Origin: Alphaproteobacteria bacterium
GTDB lineage: Bacteria; Pseudomonadota; Alphaproteobacteria; UBA7887
NCBI GenBank assembly: GCA_965216755.1
Contig: CBDCGL010000011.1
Coordinates: 800,001-864,000, forward strand
Direction of reading: 5' to 3'
DNA: 64,000 bases
The translations under genes were made by a program, and so were the position numbers. Below are positions 29,254 through 40,679 of this stretch, piece by piece. The notes under the pieces were generated by a model, which was not told the DNA's origin, made no database searches, and saw only the letters and a program-made list of their open reading frames with translations. Each line of letters opens with the position of its first letter. Within the stretch, counting starts at the first letter, position 1.

Positions 29254-30618
29254 ATGGTCACCGCGAATCTCTCGCCTGATGCGACCGGTGTGACCGTCGC
29301 GGCGTGTTCCAAAATTGATCATCTATCTCCGGGCGATCGCATCGATTTGATCGGTGCCGCACTCGCCGTCGTTCTTGCGATCGCCATACAAGTTCAGTTC
29401 GACATGCCTTTGTGGGGTGGCGTGGTTCGTATTGGTGCGGCCGATCCGGTCGTCCTCATCTTCGGGCTCGCCTTTGTGACATTGCTGTTGCGCCGAAACC
29501 TTGCCGTCAACCCGACTGTGGTTCCCGGGCTCTTGTGGTGGATCGCGGCCATGTTCGCCGCATTGGCGATCGCGCTGATCGTCGGCCGTGTGCATCTCGG
29601 CCAATGGTCTCAATGGGCGATTGCCAATCGCTTTTTCGGCTTTGGTCTCCTGGTGGCGTATTTCTTTGTTGTTGCCTGGTCGATTTCGTTGTTTGGCGAG
29701 TCATGGCGACAATGTTGGATTCTGACTTTTGTCGCGACTTTATGTGTCATCGCGGCTTTGGAGACCGCGTTGATTGTGTCATTTGGTTTGGGCGTTCGCC
29801 TTCCGGTTTGGCACAGCGATTGGCAAGCGATCGGGTTTATGCGCAACCCCAACGCCTTGGCACCGTTGCTTCTTGTTGGCCTTTGTTTGAACTGGGCTTA
29901 CGCGGCCGCCAAGCGCCCCCTATTCTCTCCATTCTGGTCGATGACCGCGACGACCGTTCTGCTTGCCGCGAGCTACTACACCGGTTCGCGCGCGGCGTGG
30001 CTGGCCATCGGTTTGGTCTCGATTTGGGCATTGGCGGTTTGGAAACTGCGCGGCCACCACATCTGGCTACCCACCGTAATAGGCGCCTGTCTGATTTTGA
30101 TGCCCGCTGCGGCGCAATGGATCGCCTATGACGCCTTGGGCGTGTTGTCCGCCGACACGTATAATATCCCTGGGCCAAATCTCAATCATGTCGGTCAACC
30201 CGACGCCATATGGATAGACGGATCCAGCGTTTACCGCATCGAGCAAGCGATCCAAGCTTTGCGTATGTGGTGGGAAGCGCCACTCTTGGGTCGGGGCTTG
30301 GGTGTTTTCTTGGCGTGGGAAGTCGCGCAAAGCGACGCACCTTTGGTCATCCACAACAGCCTGCTTTGGCTGTTGGCCGAGACCGGTCTTGCGGGTACCG
30401 TTGCGTTTGTCGGTTTCCTGTTCGCGTGTCTTTGGTCATGTTGGCGCAGGTCGACGAACAACCTTGACCCTATTTGTCAGGCGATGATTGCCATCATTCT
30501 TTCTGTGGGAGTCATGGCCATGTTTCATGATCTACTCTACCAGCGCGTTCTCTGGCTGGTGTTGGCAATTGCCGTGGCACTGCCGGCATCGCAAGGTCGC
30601 GTGCGAGGCAGCCGGTAA
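29254..30618 (+). CDS. O-antigen ligase/Wzy_C family membrane protein 1
   Basis: GFMRNPNAL, TGSRAAWLA, R...PLLGRGLG, HNSLLWLLAETG. Confidence 0.82.
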   Translation: MVTANLSPDATGVTVAACSKIDHLSPGDRIDLIGAALAVVLAIAIQVQFDMPLWGGVVRIGAADPVVLIFGLAFVTLLLRRNLAVNPTVVPGLLWWIAAMFAALAIALIVGRVHLGQWSQWAIANRFFGFGLLVAYFFVVAWSISLFGESWRQCWILTFVATLCVIAALETALIVSFGLGVRLPVWHSDWQAIGFMRNPNALAPLLLVGLCLNWAYAAAKRPLFSPFWSMTATTVLLAASYYTGSRAAWLAIGLVSIWALAVWKLRGHHIWLPTVIGACLILMPAAAQWIAYDALGVLSADTYNIPGPNLNHVGQPDAIWIDGSSVYRIEQAIQALRMWWEAPLLGRGLGVFLAWEVAQSDAPLVIHNSLLWLLAETGLAGTVAFVGFLFACLWSCWRRSTNNLDPICQAMIAIILSVGVMAMFHDLLYQRVLWLVLAIAVALPASQGRVRGSR

Positions 30619-30620
30619 GT

Positions 30621-31886
30621 GTGGCAACGCCGCGGCTGGTGCTTGAGCGATGGTTCCTGGTCGGCGTATTCGTCATACCCTTTGTCTGCCTTTTCGCTCC
30701 CGGTGGACTAACCATCATCGGCGCCGCGCTCGGTTTCGCGAGCCTGATCGCGGGCGCATGGCGATGTGCGCGATATCATCGAGGCATGTTGCTTCTCGTC
30801 TGCGCCTTCCTGCTGTGGGCCGGTCTGACGACCCTATGGTCAATTGCGCCAGCCGACAGCTTCAGCCGGTGGACGAAAGTAGTTGCTGTGCTTGTTGCGC
30901 TTGCGGCCGCCTTGCTGGCAGTCAACGAACTGGGTTCATCGGCCAGGGCCAATCTGCAAACCACGCTTGCAATTTCTTGGGCCGCCGCGCTTGTTCTCAT
31001 GGCGATCGACACGTTGGTCCTGCATGGCGATATCTTGCACCTGGTGCGGCCGCCCTACGCGGAAAGCGTTTGGACATTTGTACCTTACAAACGGAGTGCG
31101 GCCATGCTGACATTGTTGGCGCCAGCCGTGCTCAGCATTTTGGTTGGACGCGGCCGATTGCTCCTGGCGGCAACTCAGTTGGGCTTGCTCTGCCTTGTGC
31201 TTTGGACAATTTCAGCAACCACTGCCCTGCTCACTTTGATCGCCGGAATATCAACTTTCGGATTGTGCGCTGTTGTGCCGAAATCGTGGCTGCGCGGCGT
31301 ACCCGCGGTCGTCGCGGCGATCATGTTTCTTACGCCAGCTGTGATCATGGTGGTACCGCGTGACATGTCGCCACTGGCCTCGTCTGTTTCAACGTCGGCG
31401 CTTCATCGGGCGGCGATCTGGCGATTTGCTGTTGATCGGATCGCTGAGCGCCCGTTGTTCGGCTGGGGGATGGATAGCAGCCGCGCGATACCCGGCGGGA
31501 AATCGCCTGCGCCACTGGTCCATTGGCTGCGCGCCGGTCACCCCACGGATGCACAACCCGACGATCTGATCCGATATCTGGAAGACACACAGCCCGAGCT
31601 CATGCCCCTTCATCCCCACAACGTAGCGTTACAATGGTGGATGGAGCTTGGTGGCATCGGTGCGGTGCTCGCCGCCCTCGTCACTTGGCGGCTCGGCTTT
31701 GGCGTGGTTTCAACGAATGCCGATCGCTGTCGACCGGCGGCCGGCGCCGCGACCCTTGTCATTGCCATGACTTTGGCTGCGGCGTCCTATGGCGCCTGGC
31801 AAAGCTGGTGGCTTAGTGCCCTCGGAATTACAGCCATCTGCGCCGTGTTCACGTGGTCTGAAAACGAACCGCGCGTCCAAGTTTAG
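30621..31886 (+). CDS. O-antigen ligase/Wzy_C family membrane protein 2
   Basis: SALHRAAIWRFA...ERPLFGWGMDSSR, PLHPHNVALQWWMELG, GAWQSWW. Confidence 0.85.
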   Translation: MATPRLVLERWFLVGVFVIPFVCLFAPGGLTIIGAALGFASLIAGAWRCARYHRGMLLLVCAFLLWAGLTTLWSIAPADSFSRWTKVVAVLVALAAALLAVNELGSSARANLQTTLAISWAAALVLMAIDTLVLHGDILHLVRPPYAESVWTFVPYKRSAAMLTLLAPAVLSILVGRGRLLLAATQLGLLCLVLWTISATTALLTLIAGISTFGLCAVVPKSWLRGVPAVVAAIMFLTPAVIMVVPRDMSPLASSVSTSALHRAAIWRFAVDRIAERPLFGWGMDSSRAIPGGKSPAPLVHWLRAGHPTDAQPDDLIRYLEDTQPELMPLHPHNVALQWWMELGGIGAVLAALVTWRLGFGVVSTNADRCRPAAGAATLVIAMTLAAASYGAWQSWWLSALGITAICAVFTWSENEPRVQV

Positions 31887-32929
31887 TTGGCCGACCTGCG
31901 CCGGTTCGCCAGCGCCGCGGGAAAACCGCTGAGGTGACACCGAACTTTCGGAATTGTCCGGCAGAGCGTGTCGATTGATATCCTGGGCAGCGCGTACGGC
32001 GCCTCGGCATCTGCGGTGTGCAGTGTCCCGGGACGCGTCGTATCCGCTGACTCAAGGCCGAGTTCCGCGCAAAGCTCATATTCTCTTTCGCCCGCATCAC
32101 GAGCTTTGCCGAACGGATACGCAAAATGACGAACCGGCACGCCAACAGCCTGTTCGATCTGGTTACAGCAATTCGTGATTTCAGCCCGTGCTTCAGCATC
32201 GCCAAGTTTCTTGAGTGCGCGATGCGTAACCGAGTGACCACCGAATTCGACAAGGCCGCTGTTCGCCATTTCGCGAGCCATGTCCCATGTCATGATCGCC
32301 TTGTCCAAAATTTCGAACACATCGAGCCCGCTCGCTGCCGACAATTGACCCAAGACCAGCTCGATGTTCTTTTCTTGTCCCTTGAGCAGGTCCAGCAGTT
32401 GTTGATAGACGCGCGTCTTTTGCGCCGCGGTGTGCGTTTGCCAATCAATGGATACGCCGCCGATTGTGCCGGCGATCCGATCGACCCGTGCGACAACTTC
32501 TTCCACTGCAACTTCACGCGGCCAGGCCGTCCGCGCCAAGTACCCTGACGTCAAATACACAATCATCGGAGCATCGTTGCGGCGACAGATATCAAAGGCA
32601 GCGTGATAGTTATCCGCGTAACCATCATCGAAGGTCAAGCAAACAAATTTTCGGTCGGGCTGACCAGCCATGAGCCGATGGACGGCCTCAGATTTGCTTA
32701 CAATGTCGTAACCACCACCACGAAGGGCAGCGATCAAGTCCTCGAGAAATGCTGGATCAACCCGATATTCTGCGGCGGGATCGAAACCTTCGGCCGGTGC
32801 AGCCCTCACCCGGTGAAACATGAGCAACGCACCGATACCGCCATAGAACGGCGCCACCACGCGATATGCTTTGGTTACGGTCATGCCACCAATCAGTGCC
32901 CTGAAGACGGCGTTCCCAATGCGACTCAC
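31883..32929 (-). CDS. polysaccharide deacetylase (NodB/CE4)
   Basis: LMFHRV, LTFDDGYADN, GGHSVTH, HFAYPFG, LPRI. Confidence 0.9.
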   Translation of the reverse strand: MSRIGNAVFRALIGGMTVTKAYRVVAPFYGGIGALLMFHRVRAAPAEGFDPAAEYRVDPAFLEDLIAALRGGGYDIVSKSEAVHRLMAGQPDRKFVCLTFDDGYADNYHAAFDICRRNDAPMIVYLTSGYLARTAWPREVAVEEVVARVDRIAGTIGGVSIDWQTHTAAQKTRVYQQLLDLLKGQEKNIELVLGQLSAASGLDVFEILDKAIMTWDMAREMANSGLVEFGGHSVTHRALKKLGDAEARAEITNCCNQIEQAVGVPVRHFAYPFGKARDAGEREYELCAELGLESADTTRPGTLHTADAEAPYALPRISIDTLCRTIPKVRCHLSGFPAALANRRRSAN

Positions 32930-33267
32930 GATGTCCCCCTCACCCAGATGCCCGCGGCATCACAAATCGGATATTTATATGCAACTCAAAAAATCTTCCT
33001 GTCCAAAGCGCGCGCGTGTCTATCTTCTGAAGTAATTCGGCGGCGACCGGCTTACGGCGCGGCAATCGTGTTACACAGATTGTCGAAGCCAATACGCCGA
33101 AGAAAACTGGCAAGTACGGCGGCAAGACGTCAATATCTGCCCATCGACTCGTCCACATGTGCGCTGGTTGGTCAGGGTCACCTCTTTGGCCACGGATACA
33201 CGAAGATGCCTTATACTGCAAACTTCGTAGCGCTGGTTTAAGTGCCGCAAAAAGCGGAGATCCCATA

Positions 33268-34461
33268 GTGAAAATCCTTTTGGCACACAACTTTTACAAG
33301 TTTGCGGGTGGTGAAGATAGGGTATTTCATACAGAAGCCGACATGCTTGAGGCGCACGGTCACAAAGTAATTCGATATATACGCGACAACCAGTCCATTG
33401 ACGGTATGGATCGGCTCTCGCTGGCGCGCAAAACATTGTGGAACGCAGATACAATTCGGGAAGTTAAATCGCTGATTGGGCACGAACGGCCCGACATTGT
33501 TCATTGTCACAACACATTCCCTTTGATTTCGCCGACAATTTATTATGCCGCTATCCAATGCGGTGTACCGACGATCCAGACACTTCATAACTATCGCATA
33601 ATTTGCCCGCAAAGCTACCTTTTGCGCGATGACGCGTTTTGTACCGCCTGCGTCGGACGCAGCCTACCCTTCGCCGCGATACGGCATCGTTGTTACCGAA
33701 ACAGTGTCGCCGCCACCGCGACACTCGCGGCGATGATCGCACGCCATTGGCTGCAAAACACTTGGACTCGAAAAGTCAGTCAGTATATCGCGCTAAGTGC
33801 TTTCGCTAAGAAGATGTTTGTTCGTGGCGGATTGCCAGAAAATCGGATTCACATCAAACCCAATAGCGTGCCGGATCCAGGTCCCTTAGAGGGTGCGACA
33901 AATGAGCGAGGCGGTGCCTTATTTGTCGGTCGACTTAGTCCCGAAAAAGGAATTCGCACGCTTTTGGACGCATGGCGCAATCTCGACATGCCACTCGACA
34001 TATACGGCGAAGGTCCAATGGCCAAAGATGTGCACGCGGTCGCAAACCCTGTCATTCGCTACCACGGGCAACAGAGCCAAGCACGCATCCGTGACGCCAT
34101 GCGGCGCGCAGCCCTGTTGGTTTTGCCCTCAATTTGGCCGGAAGGATTTCCAATGGTAGTTTTGGAAGCCTTTGCGAATGGATTGCCCGTGATCGGGTCG
34201 GAAATCGGTTCTTTGCAAGAAATCATTCGTTCCGACATAACGGGGCAATTGTACCCGCCAGGCGATCCGGCGGCACTCGCGGCGACAGTCCGTCAAGCGA
34301 TCGACCAACCGGGTCAGTTGGCCGCAATGGGGGCTAACGCGCGCGAGGAGTATATGCAAAAATTCGCGCCAAACCGCAACTACGCGGCGCTTCTGTCAAT
34401 ATACCGTGATGCTTTGGCAGGCCAAAATAAGAAAGTCCAACATACTTTCAGAAAAATATAA
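33268..34461 (+). CDS. glycosyltransferase family 4 (GT-B)
   Basis: HNFY...GGEDRVF, HCHNTFPLISP, TLHNYR..CP, FVGRLSPEKG, PSIWPEGFPMVVLEA. Confidence 0.9.
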   Translation: MKILLAHNFYKFAGGEDRVFHTEADMLEAHGHKVIRYIRDNQSIDGMDRLSLARKTLWNADTIREVKSLIGHERPDIVHCHNTFPLISPTIYYAAIQCGVPTIQTLHNYRIICPQSYLLRDDAFCTACVGRSLPFAAIRHRCYRNSVAATATLAAMIARHWLQNTWTRKVSQYIALSAFAKKMFVRGGLPENRIHIKPNSVPDPGPLEGATNERGGALFVGRLSPEKGIRTLLDAWRNLDMPLDIYGEGPMAKDVHAVANPVIRYHGQQSQARIRDAMRRAALLVLPSIWPEGFPMVVLEAFANGLPVIGSEIGSLQEIIRSDITGQLYPPGDPAALAATVRQAIDQPGQLAAMGANAREEYMQKFAPNRNYAALLSIYRDALAGQNKKVQHTFRKI

Positions 34462-35377
34462 GCCCAACAACAAAGCCGACTCGATGCAGGCTCCTGCAAG
34501 TTGCTACAAGACGGCCGCGCCCTTGCTCTCTTGTGTCGGGCAAGTGACCGAAATTACGCAAGACCGCGATAGACATGCGCCAAACTGCACCGGCCAATTG
34601 CGTTATGGAAACCCGGCCGCGCTCGGCGCGATACATAACGGCATCTGTCACGCCTTGCCAATATGCGCGCCGCCGAAACCACATTTTGGTTAATCGGGTT
34701 ACCGGTATCTTGTGGTGAACCACGGCAGCTGGGACGTAATAAACTCTTTGTCCATTTGCCTCAATCCGTCGGCGCACGAAAGTCTCTTCACCCGAAAGCA
34801 GGTTGTGACCGCGGCGCCCTAGGATCGCTGGAAACCCACCAACTGCCCTCAATGTATCACAGAGAAATGCCATGTTTGCGCCAGCGATCCACTGGTCGCG
34901 CCGCAACACAATCGGTACCGGGGACCAGTCGACCACGGACAAGTAGCCAGCAAGCTCGTCGGAGAGCCAAACCGGCCGCGGCGCCTGCCACAGGGGATCG
35001 ACTTTTCCCGATATGCATGCGATCCCATCCGCGCCGCTCTCAAAAGCTGAAACAATTTCGAGCAACCACTGATCGTCCGCGATGGCGTCATCATCGAGAA
35101 ATGCAATATACCGCCCAGAGGACTCTCGAATGCCCGCGTTGCGCGCGTGCGACAATCCCAACGTCGGTTCGCGCACATATCGCAATTGTGACGCATTCGC
35201 GTACTTTTCACGGATAACGGTCTCGGTCTCATCCCGCGACGCATTGTCGACGACAACGACCTCAAAAATGTCTGGCGCAACATCCTGTGAAAGTACGCTA
35301 TCGATGGCGTCCACGACATCGTTACACCGGTCGTGGGTACAGATGACAACAGAGATTTTTGGTGCGTTCGTTGCCAT
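34448..35377 (-). CDS. glycosyltransferase family 2
   Basis: ISVVICTHDR, VVDNASRD, GLSHARNAG, FLDDDA, GANMAF, GEET. Confidence 0.9.
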   Translation of the reverse strand: MATNAPKISVVICTHDRCNDVVDAIDSVLSQDVAPDIFEVVVVDNASRDETETVIREKYANASQLRYVREPTLGLSHARNAGIRESSGRYIAFLDDDAIADDQWLLEIVSAFESGADGIACISGKVDPLWQAPRPVWLSDELAGYLSVVDWSPVPIVLRRDQWIAGANMAFLCDTLRAVGGFPAILGRRGHNLLSGEETFVRRRIEANGQRVYYVPAAVVHHKIPVTRLTKMWFRRRAYWQGVTDAVMYRAERGRVSITQLAGAVWRMSIAVLRNFGHLPDTREQGRGRLVATCRSLHRVGFVVGLIFF

Positions 35378-35417
35378 GTACACCAAGGATCTCAGTGGAT
35401 TGCGTGTTTGGATGCGG

Positions 35418-36656
35418 TCACGAGTCTACAGCAGCAAAAGCAGTGCCGCGCGAATTTTGCGATGAGATCGCCGCGATACGATCGACCGCATTTCGAACTT
35501 TGTCGCCGACGACACGCCAGGAGTACAAATTGTTAACCAAGTTCTTGGCTTGCTCGACACGTTGCAAAGTGCCATCCGGATCCGACCACGTCCGCACTAA
35601 GGCCTGAACAATCTCACTCGGAGAATTGGCGATCAAAAGGTGTTTGCCATCCTCGACCTCGATACCTTCGGCGCCCTTTGTTGTGCTCACCACCGGCCTT
35701 CGGTGCGCAAACGCCTCAAGAATCTTTAGGCGCGTACCGCCGCCGCTGAACATCGGCACCACGATAACGGATGCGTTACGAAAGAACACGTCCATGTCTT
35801 TTACCGGCCCGGTCACCGTCACGTTGGCATACTTCGCCGCGCGGCTCATCAGTCGTGGCCTTGGTCCGCGTCCCGCCAACACCAGATCGGCATTCGGTAT
35901 ACGCGACCGCAAATCATTCCAACAATGTTCAAGAAAATAACTTGCACCAAAATCATTTGGATCATAACTAAAATCAGCGGGAAACAATATAGTATGATTC
36001 TTGGGCAAAATGTTCTCCCGACCAATTGAATGTTCGTCTGCCGTCGAGACGTCGATTGCGTTGGGAATGAGAATCACCTCGCCTGTTTGGCCATAAAGTT
36101 GGCGAAACAGGTCACGGTCATTTTCGCTACAAGCCCAAATTTGGACCGCATTCCTGATAAGTCGCTTCTCAAGATTATGGGCAATCTCGTTTACGCGCTT
36201 GGCGCCATTGTCGCGTCCTGATAGATCGACGTCCATGGCATAAGCGTCAACATTGTGCGAAATATAAACGATGGGCTTCTGAAGCTCGACCGCCGCCGGC
36301 AGGTAATTGGCCGTACGTGATTCGTCAAACAAAACCAAGCTCGGATTACAATTTCGTATATGCGCCCCAATTTCGCGGAGCCGAGCCCGTGGAAACAGGT
36401 CTCGCCTGAACATTTTCAACCCGAGTTTGCCGGCAACACGCAACCGAAACGGATACTGCGATGGATAGAGGCCCCATTTGGCCTCTTTTGGCAAAGCGGC
36501 AGGATCCGCCCCGCGTACGAAGGGACCAATACACAATGTTGTCAATGTGCAGTGCCGCATAAGAGCAGACACGATCTGTCGCGTCCGCATAGAGGCGCCG
36601 CCCGCCGCTGGAAAAGGAACGCGCGTCGTCAGCAAAAGAACGTCCGTCATACGCAT
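35418..36656 (-). CDS. glycosyltransferase family 4
   Basis: PFPAAGGASMR, HNVD, VVPMFSGGGTRLKILEAFA..RPVVSTTKGAEG; start uncertain (36650-36716). Confidence 0.88.
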   Translation of the reverse strand: MRMTDVLLLTTRVPFPAAGGASMRTRQIVSALMRHCTLTTLCIGPFVRGADPAALPKEAKWGLYPSQYPFRLRVAGKLGLKMFRRDLFPRARLREIGAHIRNCNPSLVLFDESRTANYLPAAVELQKPIVYISHNVDAYAMDVDLSGRDNGAKRVNEIAHNLEKRLIRNAVQIWACSENDRDLFRQLYGQTGEVILIPNAIDVSTADEHSIGRENILPKNHTILFPADFSYDPNDFGASYFLEHCWNDLRSRIPNADLVLAGRGPRPRLMSRAAKYANVTVTGPVKDMDVFFRNASVIVVPMFSGGGTRLKILEAFAHRRPVVSTTKGAEGIEVEDGKHLLIANSPSEIVQALVRTWSDPDGTLQRVEQAKNLVNNLYSWRVVGDKVRNAVDRIAAISSQNSRGTAFAAVDS

Positions 36657-37148
36657 GCGCCCGCCAAGGCCACGGGTAAAATCTCGGTGACGGGTGAGCA
36701 TTGAATTTGCATCCAATGTAACTGAAAAACCACATCGACCCGTAGTTCAATCATGGAGAAAAGCCGCCTAGATTGTCATCGTGACTCAACCTAATCTCGA
36801 ATTCTCGTGAACAAGTAATCAAGAATGAACGACTGTCTTGCCAGAATTGTTGCTGCAAGAACCTTGGACGCCATCCAATATTCATTTTTCTTGCCTGAAA
36901 CGATATTCGAGAACTTGATCGCCCTCGCTTTTTCGTTTGATATACGATTCCGGTGACATTGGCAATCAGGTCGGTGCGCGATAATCGGCTATCTACATTC
37001 CGCCTGTACGCGCCACAAATCGAGCTTGTGGTTCGCCGTGATGCCTCATAGAAGTTGGCAACTTTGCGCACTGGGCCAACCGGCAAACCTTGCGTCATCC
37101 GATTGTTCTTACTAAATTTCGACATCTTTCACGGCTGAGTTGCAAAGT

Positions 37149-37919
37149 ATGTATTGGCCAAGAATTACCATTGTCACGCCATCGTTTAACCATGGCGCTT
37201 TTTTGGAAGCGACAATAAGAAGTGTACGTGACCAAGAATACCCAAATTTGGAACATATATTGGTAGACGGCGGTTCTACCGATCAGACAAGTGATATTAT
37301 TGCGCGATATCATGACTATTTTGCGATCGCCATCAGCGAACCCGATAATGGTCAGACTGACGCGCTGATGAAGGGCTTTGCCCTTTCCACAGGCGATATT
37401 CAGGGTTGGTTGTGCTCGGATGACATGCTGGAGCCGAATTGCCTACATGACGTCGCGCAGTACTTTGCCCAAAATCCAAACGCTGATGTCGTGTACGGGG
37501 ATGCGACATGGATTGACGTGGCCGGTGCCAGCATTCGCCGTAAACGCGAACATGCCTTCTCTCGTTTCATTTGGATGTACGATCATAATTTTATACCCCA
37601 ACCCTCGACATTTTGGCGACGCCGTTTGTATCAGAAGGTCGGCGGACTGGATTCGCGATTTGACCTCGCGATGGATGCGGATCTGTTTGTTAGATTTTCT
37701 GACGTCACGCAATTGCATCACGTACGGCGACTTTGGTCTCGCATGCGGCTATATCCGGAGCAGAAAAATCAACGGTTGCGTGACGTTAGCAATCGCGAGG
37801 ACGATACGATACGCCGGCGCCAGCTTGGACCCGACTATCGCAAGTTCTGGCTTTTCAAGCACCTCGCCGCCAAAAGCTTGCGCGTTAGTCTGAAGTTCAG
37901 CACAGGATGCTATTGGTAG
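37149..37919 (+). CDS. glycosyltransferase family 2 (WcaE/WfgS-like)
   Basis: ITIVTPSFN, VDGGSTD, SEPDNGQ, WLCSDD, PQPSTF, AMDADL. Confidence 0.9.
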   Translation: MYWPRITIVTPSFNHGAFLEATIRSVRDQEYPNLEHILVDGGSTDQTSDIIARYHDYFAIAISEPDNGQTDALMKGFALSTGDIQGWLCSDDMLEPNCLHDVAQYFAQNPNADVVYGDATWIDVAGASIRRKREHAFSRFIWMYDHNFIPQPSTFWRRRLYQKVGGLDSRFDLAMDADLFVRFSDVTQLHHVRRLWSRMRLYPEQKNQRLRDVSNREDDTIRRRQLGPDYRKFWLFKHLAAKSLRVSLKFSTGCYW

Positions 37920-38119
37920 TGTGCCGCCGGAACGCAACGTCAATGTGCTTGAAGAGTGCACTGGGCCATTGACGAGCGCCTGGATCTCACATGATCCTTT
38001 GTGTCTTTGAGTGACTTTTGACTGTATCGACCCAATTCGCGTAGCAGCGCGGCGGTCCACACGAAGGGCAGCGCGGCCCGATACCCGGGGTAAGCGAGGA
38101 GTCGGCGCCCCGCGCCGGC

Positions 38120-38644
38120 ACCTGTGCGCCAAGGTGGTAGTGCGAAGAACTCGCAACAGAGGAGACGTCCGTGGAAAAGGTTAGCACGGTTGGGATTGAT
38201 CCGGCGAGGCAGCTGTCTCAGATACATGTCGCGGCGGACAATAGCGCATGTCAGAGCCCCCAACCGAACCGCCAGCGCATCTATCGACTCATGACGCGAC
38301 TTGGTTTGTTGCTGCGCAAATCGTCTGAATGTCGTGACAGCCGGGGCATCAGCGGTTCGGACGTGCGCGACTTCGGCGTGGCACTCAATTTGGAACCGTG
38401 TTTCACGCTGGTCGCCAGTCCCGAAAGCAACGGTGTGACTGAGGCATTTGTGAAAACCATCAAGTGCCATTACGTCCGCCTCATTCAGACACAGGACGCC
38501 AAAACCGCGCTTAAAAAGAAGGGCACCGGATGGTTTGAGGACTGCAACGAAAACCATCCACATTCCGGACTTAGATTGAAATCGCCCTGCGAATCCCGAC
38601 CCGAAACACATGGCCGCTTATCCGCAAAAACGTGGGCAGCTCCA
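38120..38644 (+). pseudogene. chimeric IS remnant: IS110-like 5' end joined to IS3-family (IS2-like) integrase 3' fragment and right IR
   Basis: MEKVSTVGIDPARQLSQIH (IS110 N-terminus-like), then SPESNGVTEAFVKTIK..YV and N..HPHSGL..KSP (IS3 integrase core end), ending TATCCGCAAAAACGTGGGCAGCTCCA. Confidence 0.72.
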
Positions 38645-38885
38645 CATCTCAAGCGACAATTTGAGGCGCAATGAAGACCTGAAATCGATCCAAGCACACC
38701 TCAGTGTAAAGAATCCGAAACATGACGTTTCGAATAAACTAATAGTATAATATTTTAAGGTAATACGTGAGAATTTTTGATAAATTATTCATAATACACT
38801 TCCAAATTTTGTGCTTTTGTACACCCTAGGGTTTGAGTTGGCTGAGTTGATAAAGGAAACGCCATTTGCTGCGAGATAAATCCGA

Positions 38886-40493
38886 GTGAATCACAACGCT
38901 CGGCCACAGGGCGTTGATAACCTTGGGATTTCGGAAAACCAAGGGACTTTCAGCGACACACTGGAACACGGGATGGTGAGAGTGGAGGAATTGGCGCGGA
39001 AGAAATCGGCGGGGCTGGATGCACGGCCCCTGGGTGATGGATGGACGCGAAAGTTGCGTCTGGCGTCAGCCGATGGTCTTGCTGTGCGTCAATTTCGGGA
39101 GCGCTACTGGGCCGGGTTAATAATGTTGGCCGCGGACATCGTGGCAATGCAGTTGGCGCTGCAACTTGGCATCCAAGCGCGCCTGGTGTTTGCGGCGATC
39201 CGGCCGGTGGAGCTGGTTTCGAGCACTGTGTCGGGGATGCATGTGGCCGTGATCGCAGTTCCGCTTGTCCTGTGGATCATGGGATTGACGCCGGGCTATG
39301 GTGTGGGGCCGGTGGAGCGGATCCGGCGGCGGTTCTATGTGACATTGTTTGTCTTCTCATGTTTTTTCGCGTGGGACTACTTTCTGCAAGGGAACAGCTG
39401 GTCGCGAGGAGTCTTGATTGCAACCTTGGTGAGCGCTGCGATATTGCTGCCGGTGATGGAAGCGGTGGTGCGGCATATCCTGATTCGCTGGGGCGTATGG
39501 GGTGTGCCGGTGATGTTGATTGTCAACGAGCGCTCGCGGCCGGAACTGTTAGAGCGGATCAATGGTGACCCAACAGTGGGTTTGGTGCCGATCGGCTTGC
39601 TGCTGGAAGACGGTGCGGCGGTGCCAGAAGGGTTCGACGGCCTACCGGTGATGGCGACGACGGCGACGACGGATATGCGTCGTTGGAAGGTTCGCTCTGC
39701 AATATTGGATTTGCCTGACCGGACACCGGAAAGTCTAGCGAGTCTGATATTGCGGTTGCCTTTTGAGAAAGTGTTTATGGTGCCAGCGCTACATGGTCTA
39801 CAAAGCCTGTGCATCACGACGCGCGATTTGGGCGGCTTGTTGGCCCTGCAAGTCGACAACAATCTGCGCCAGCGTCACAGCTTGATCACGAAGATGGTGC
39901 TTGACTATACGTTTGGTGCGCTTGCATTTTTATTTAGCTTACCACTGATGTTACTGTCGGCCTTAGCGATCCGCTGCGTGGACGGAGGTTCACCGTTTTA
40001 TGCCCAAGAACGTGAAGGTTTGGGCGGCAAGGCGTTCCGGATGTGGAAGCTGCGGACAATGTATCGGGACGCCGAGGCGCGTCTGGAGCAACATCTGTGC
40101 CACAATCCGGCGGCCCGGGCGGAGTGGAATCGCTATATGAAGCTGCGCGACGATCCGCGCGTATTGCCGTTTGTTGGGAAACTGTTGCGCAAAACCAGTT
40201 TGGATGAACTGCCGCAATTGTGGAACGTGCTGCGCGGTGAGATGAGCCTGGTGGGGCCGCGCCCCTTTCCGGACTACCATCTGAAGAAGTTTGACAAAAC
40301 GTTTCGGGAGTTCCGGTGCCAAGTTAAGCCGGGATTGACCGGTTTGTGGCAGGTGAGCGCGCGCAGCGATGGCGACTTGTCAGTGCAACAAGACCTGGAC
40401 ACGTACTTCATTCGTAATTGGTCGGTGTGGCTGGATCTCTATTTGCTGTTGCGAACCGTCACCGCCGTGTCCAGCCGCCGCGGTGCCAGGTAG
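38886..40493 (+). CDS. undecaprenyl-phosphate sugar phosphotransferase (WbaP-like initiating transferase)
   Basis: N-terminal TM domain; C-terminal [57 protein letters not shown]; start may be 38973. Confidence 0.92.
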   Translation: MNHNARPQGVDNLGISENQGTFSDTLEHGMVRVEELARKKSAGLDARPLGDGWTRKLRLASADGLAVRQFRERYWAGLIMLAADIVAMQLALQLGIQARLVFAAIRPVELVSSTVSGMHVAVIAVPLVLWIMGLTPGYGVGPVERIRRRFYVTLFVFSCFFAWDYFLQGNSWSRGVLIATLVSAAILLPVMEAVVRHILIRWGVWGVPVMLIVNERSRPELLERINGDPTVGLVPIGLLLEDGAAVPEGFDGLPVMATTATTDMRRWKVRSAILDLPDRTPESLASLILRLPFEKVFMVPALHGLQSLCITTRDLGGLLALQVDNNLRQRHSLITKMVLDYTFGALAFLFSLPLMLLSALAIRCVDGGSPFYAQEREGLGGKAFRMWKLRTMYRDAEARLEQHLCHNPAARAEWNRYMKLRDDPRVLPFVGKLLRKTSLDELPQLWNVLRGEMSLVGPRPFPDYHLKKFDKTFREFRCQVKPGLTGLWQVSARSDGDLSVQQDLDTYFIRNWSVWLDLYLLLRTVTAVSSRRGAR

Positions 40494-40679
40494 ACCGACT
40501 GGCACGGCTCCGAGAGACACTGGAATTCAAACTCATCGCCGCGTCATGGCAGAAATGCGCGCGCCTATCGGCTGTCAGGCGGGAGGGGAGCACACCAAAT
40601 TGCGCCTGTAATTGGCGCGGATTCGCGTTGGAACCAAACTCAATTGGACCCCAGCGAGATTTTTCGGGAGGACAATCAC

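Noticed and set aside
28419-29312. 297-aa minus-strand ORF
   Set aside because: Antisense to the UPF0104 membrane gene, with composition typical of a shadow frame.
36751-37125. 124-aa ORF between divergent glycosyltransferases
   Set aside because: No motif or RBS; more likely a divergent promoter region.
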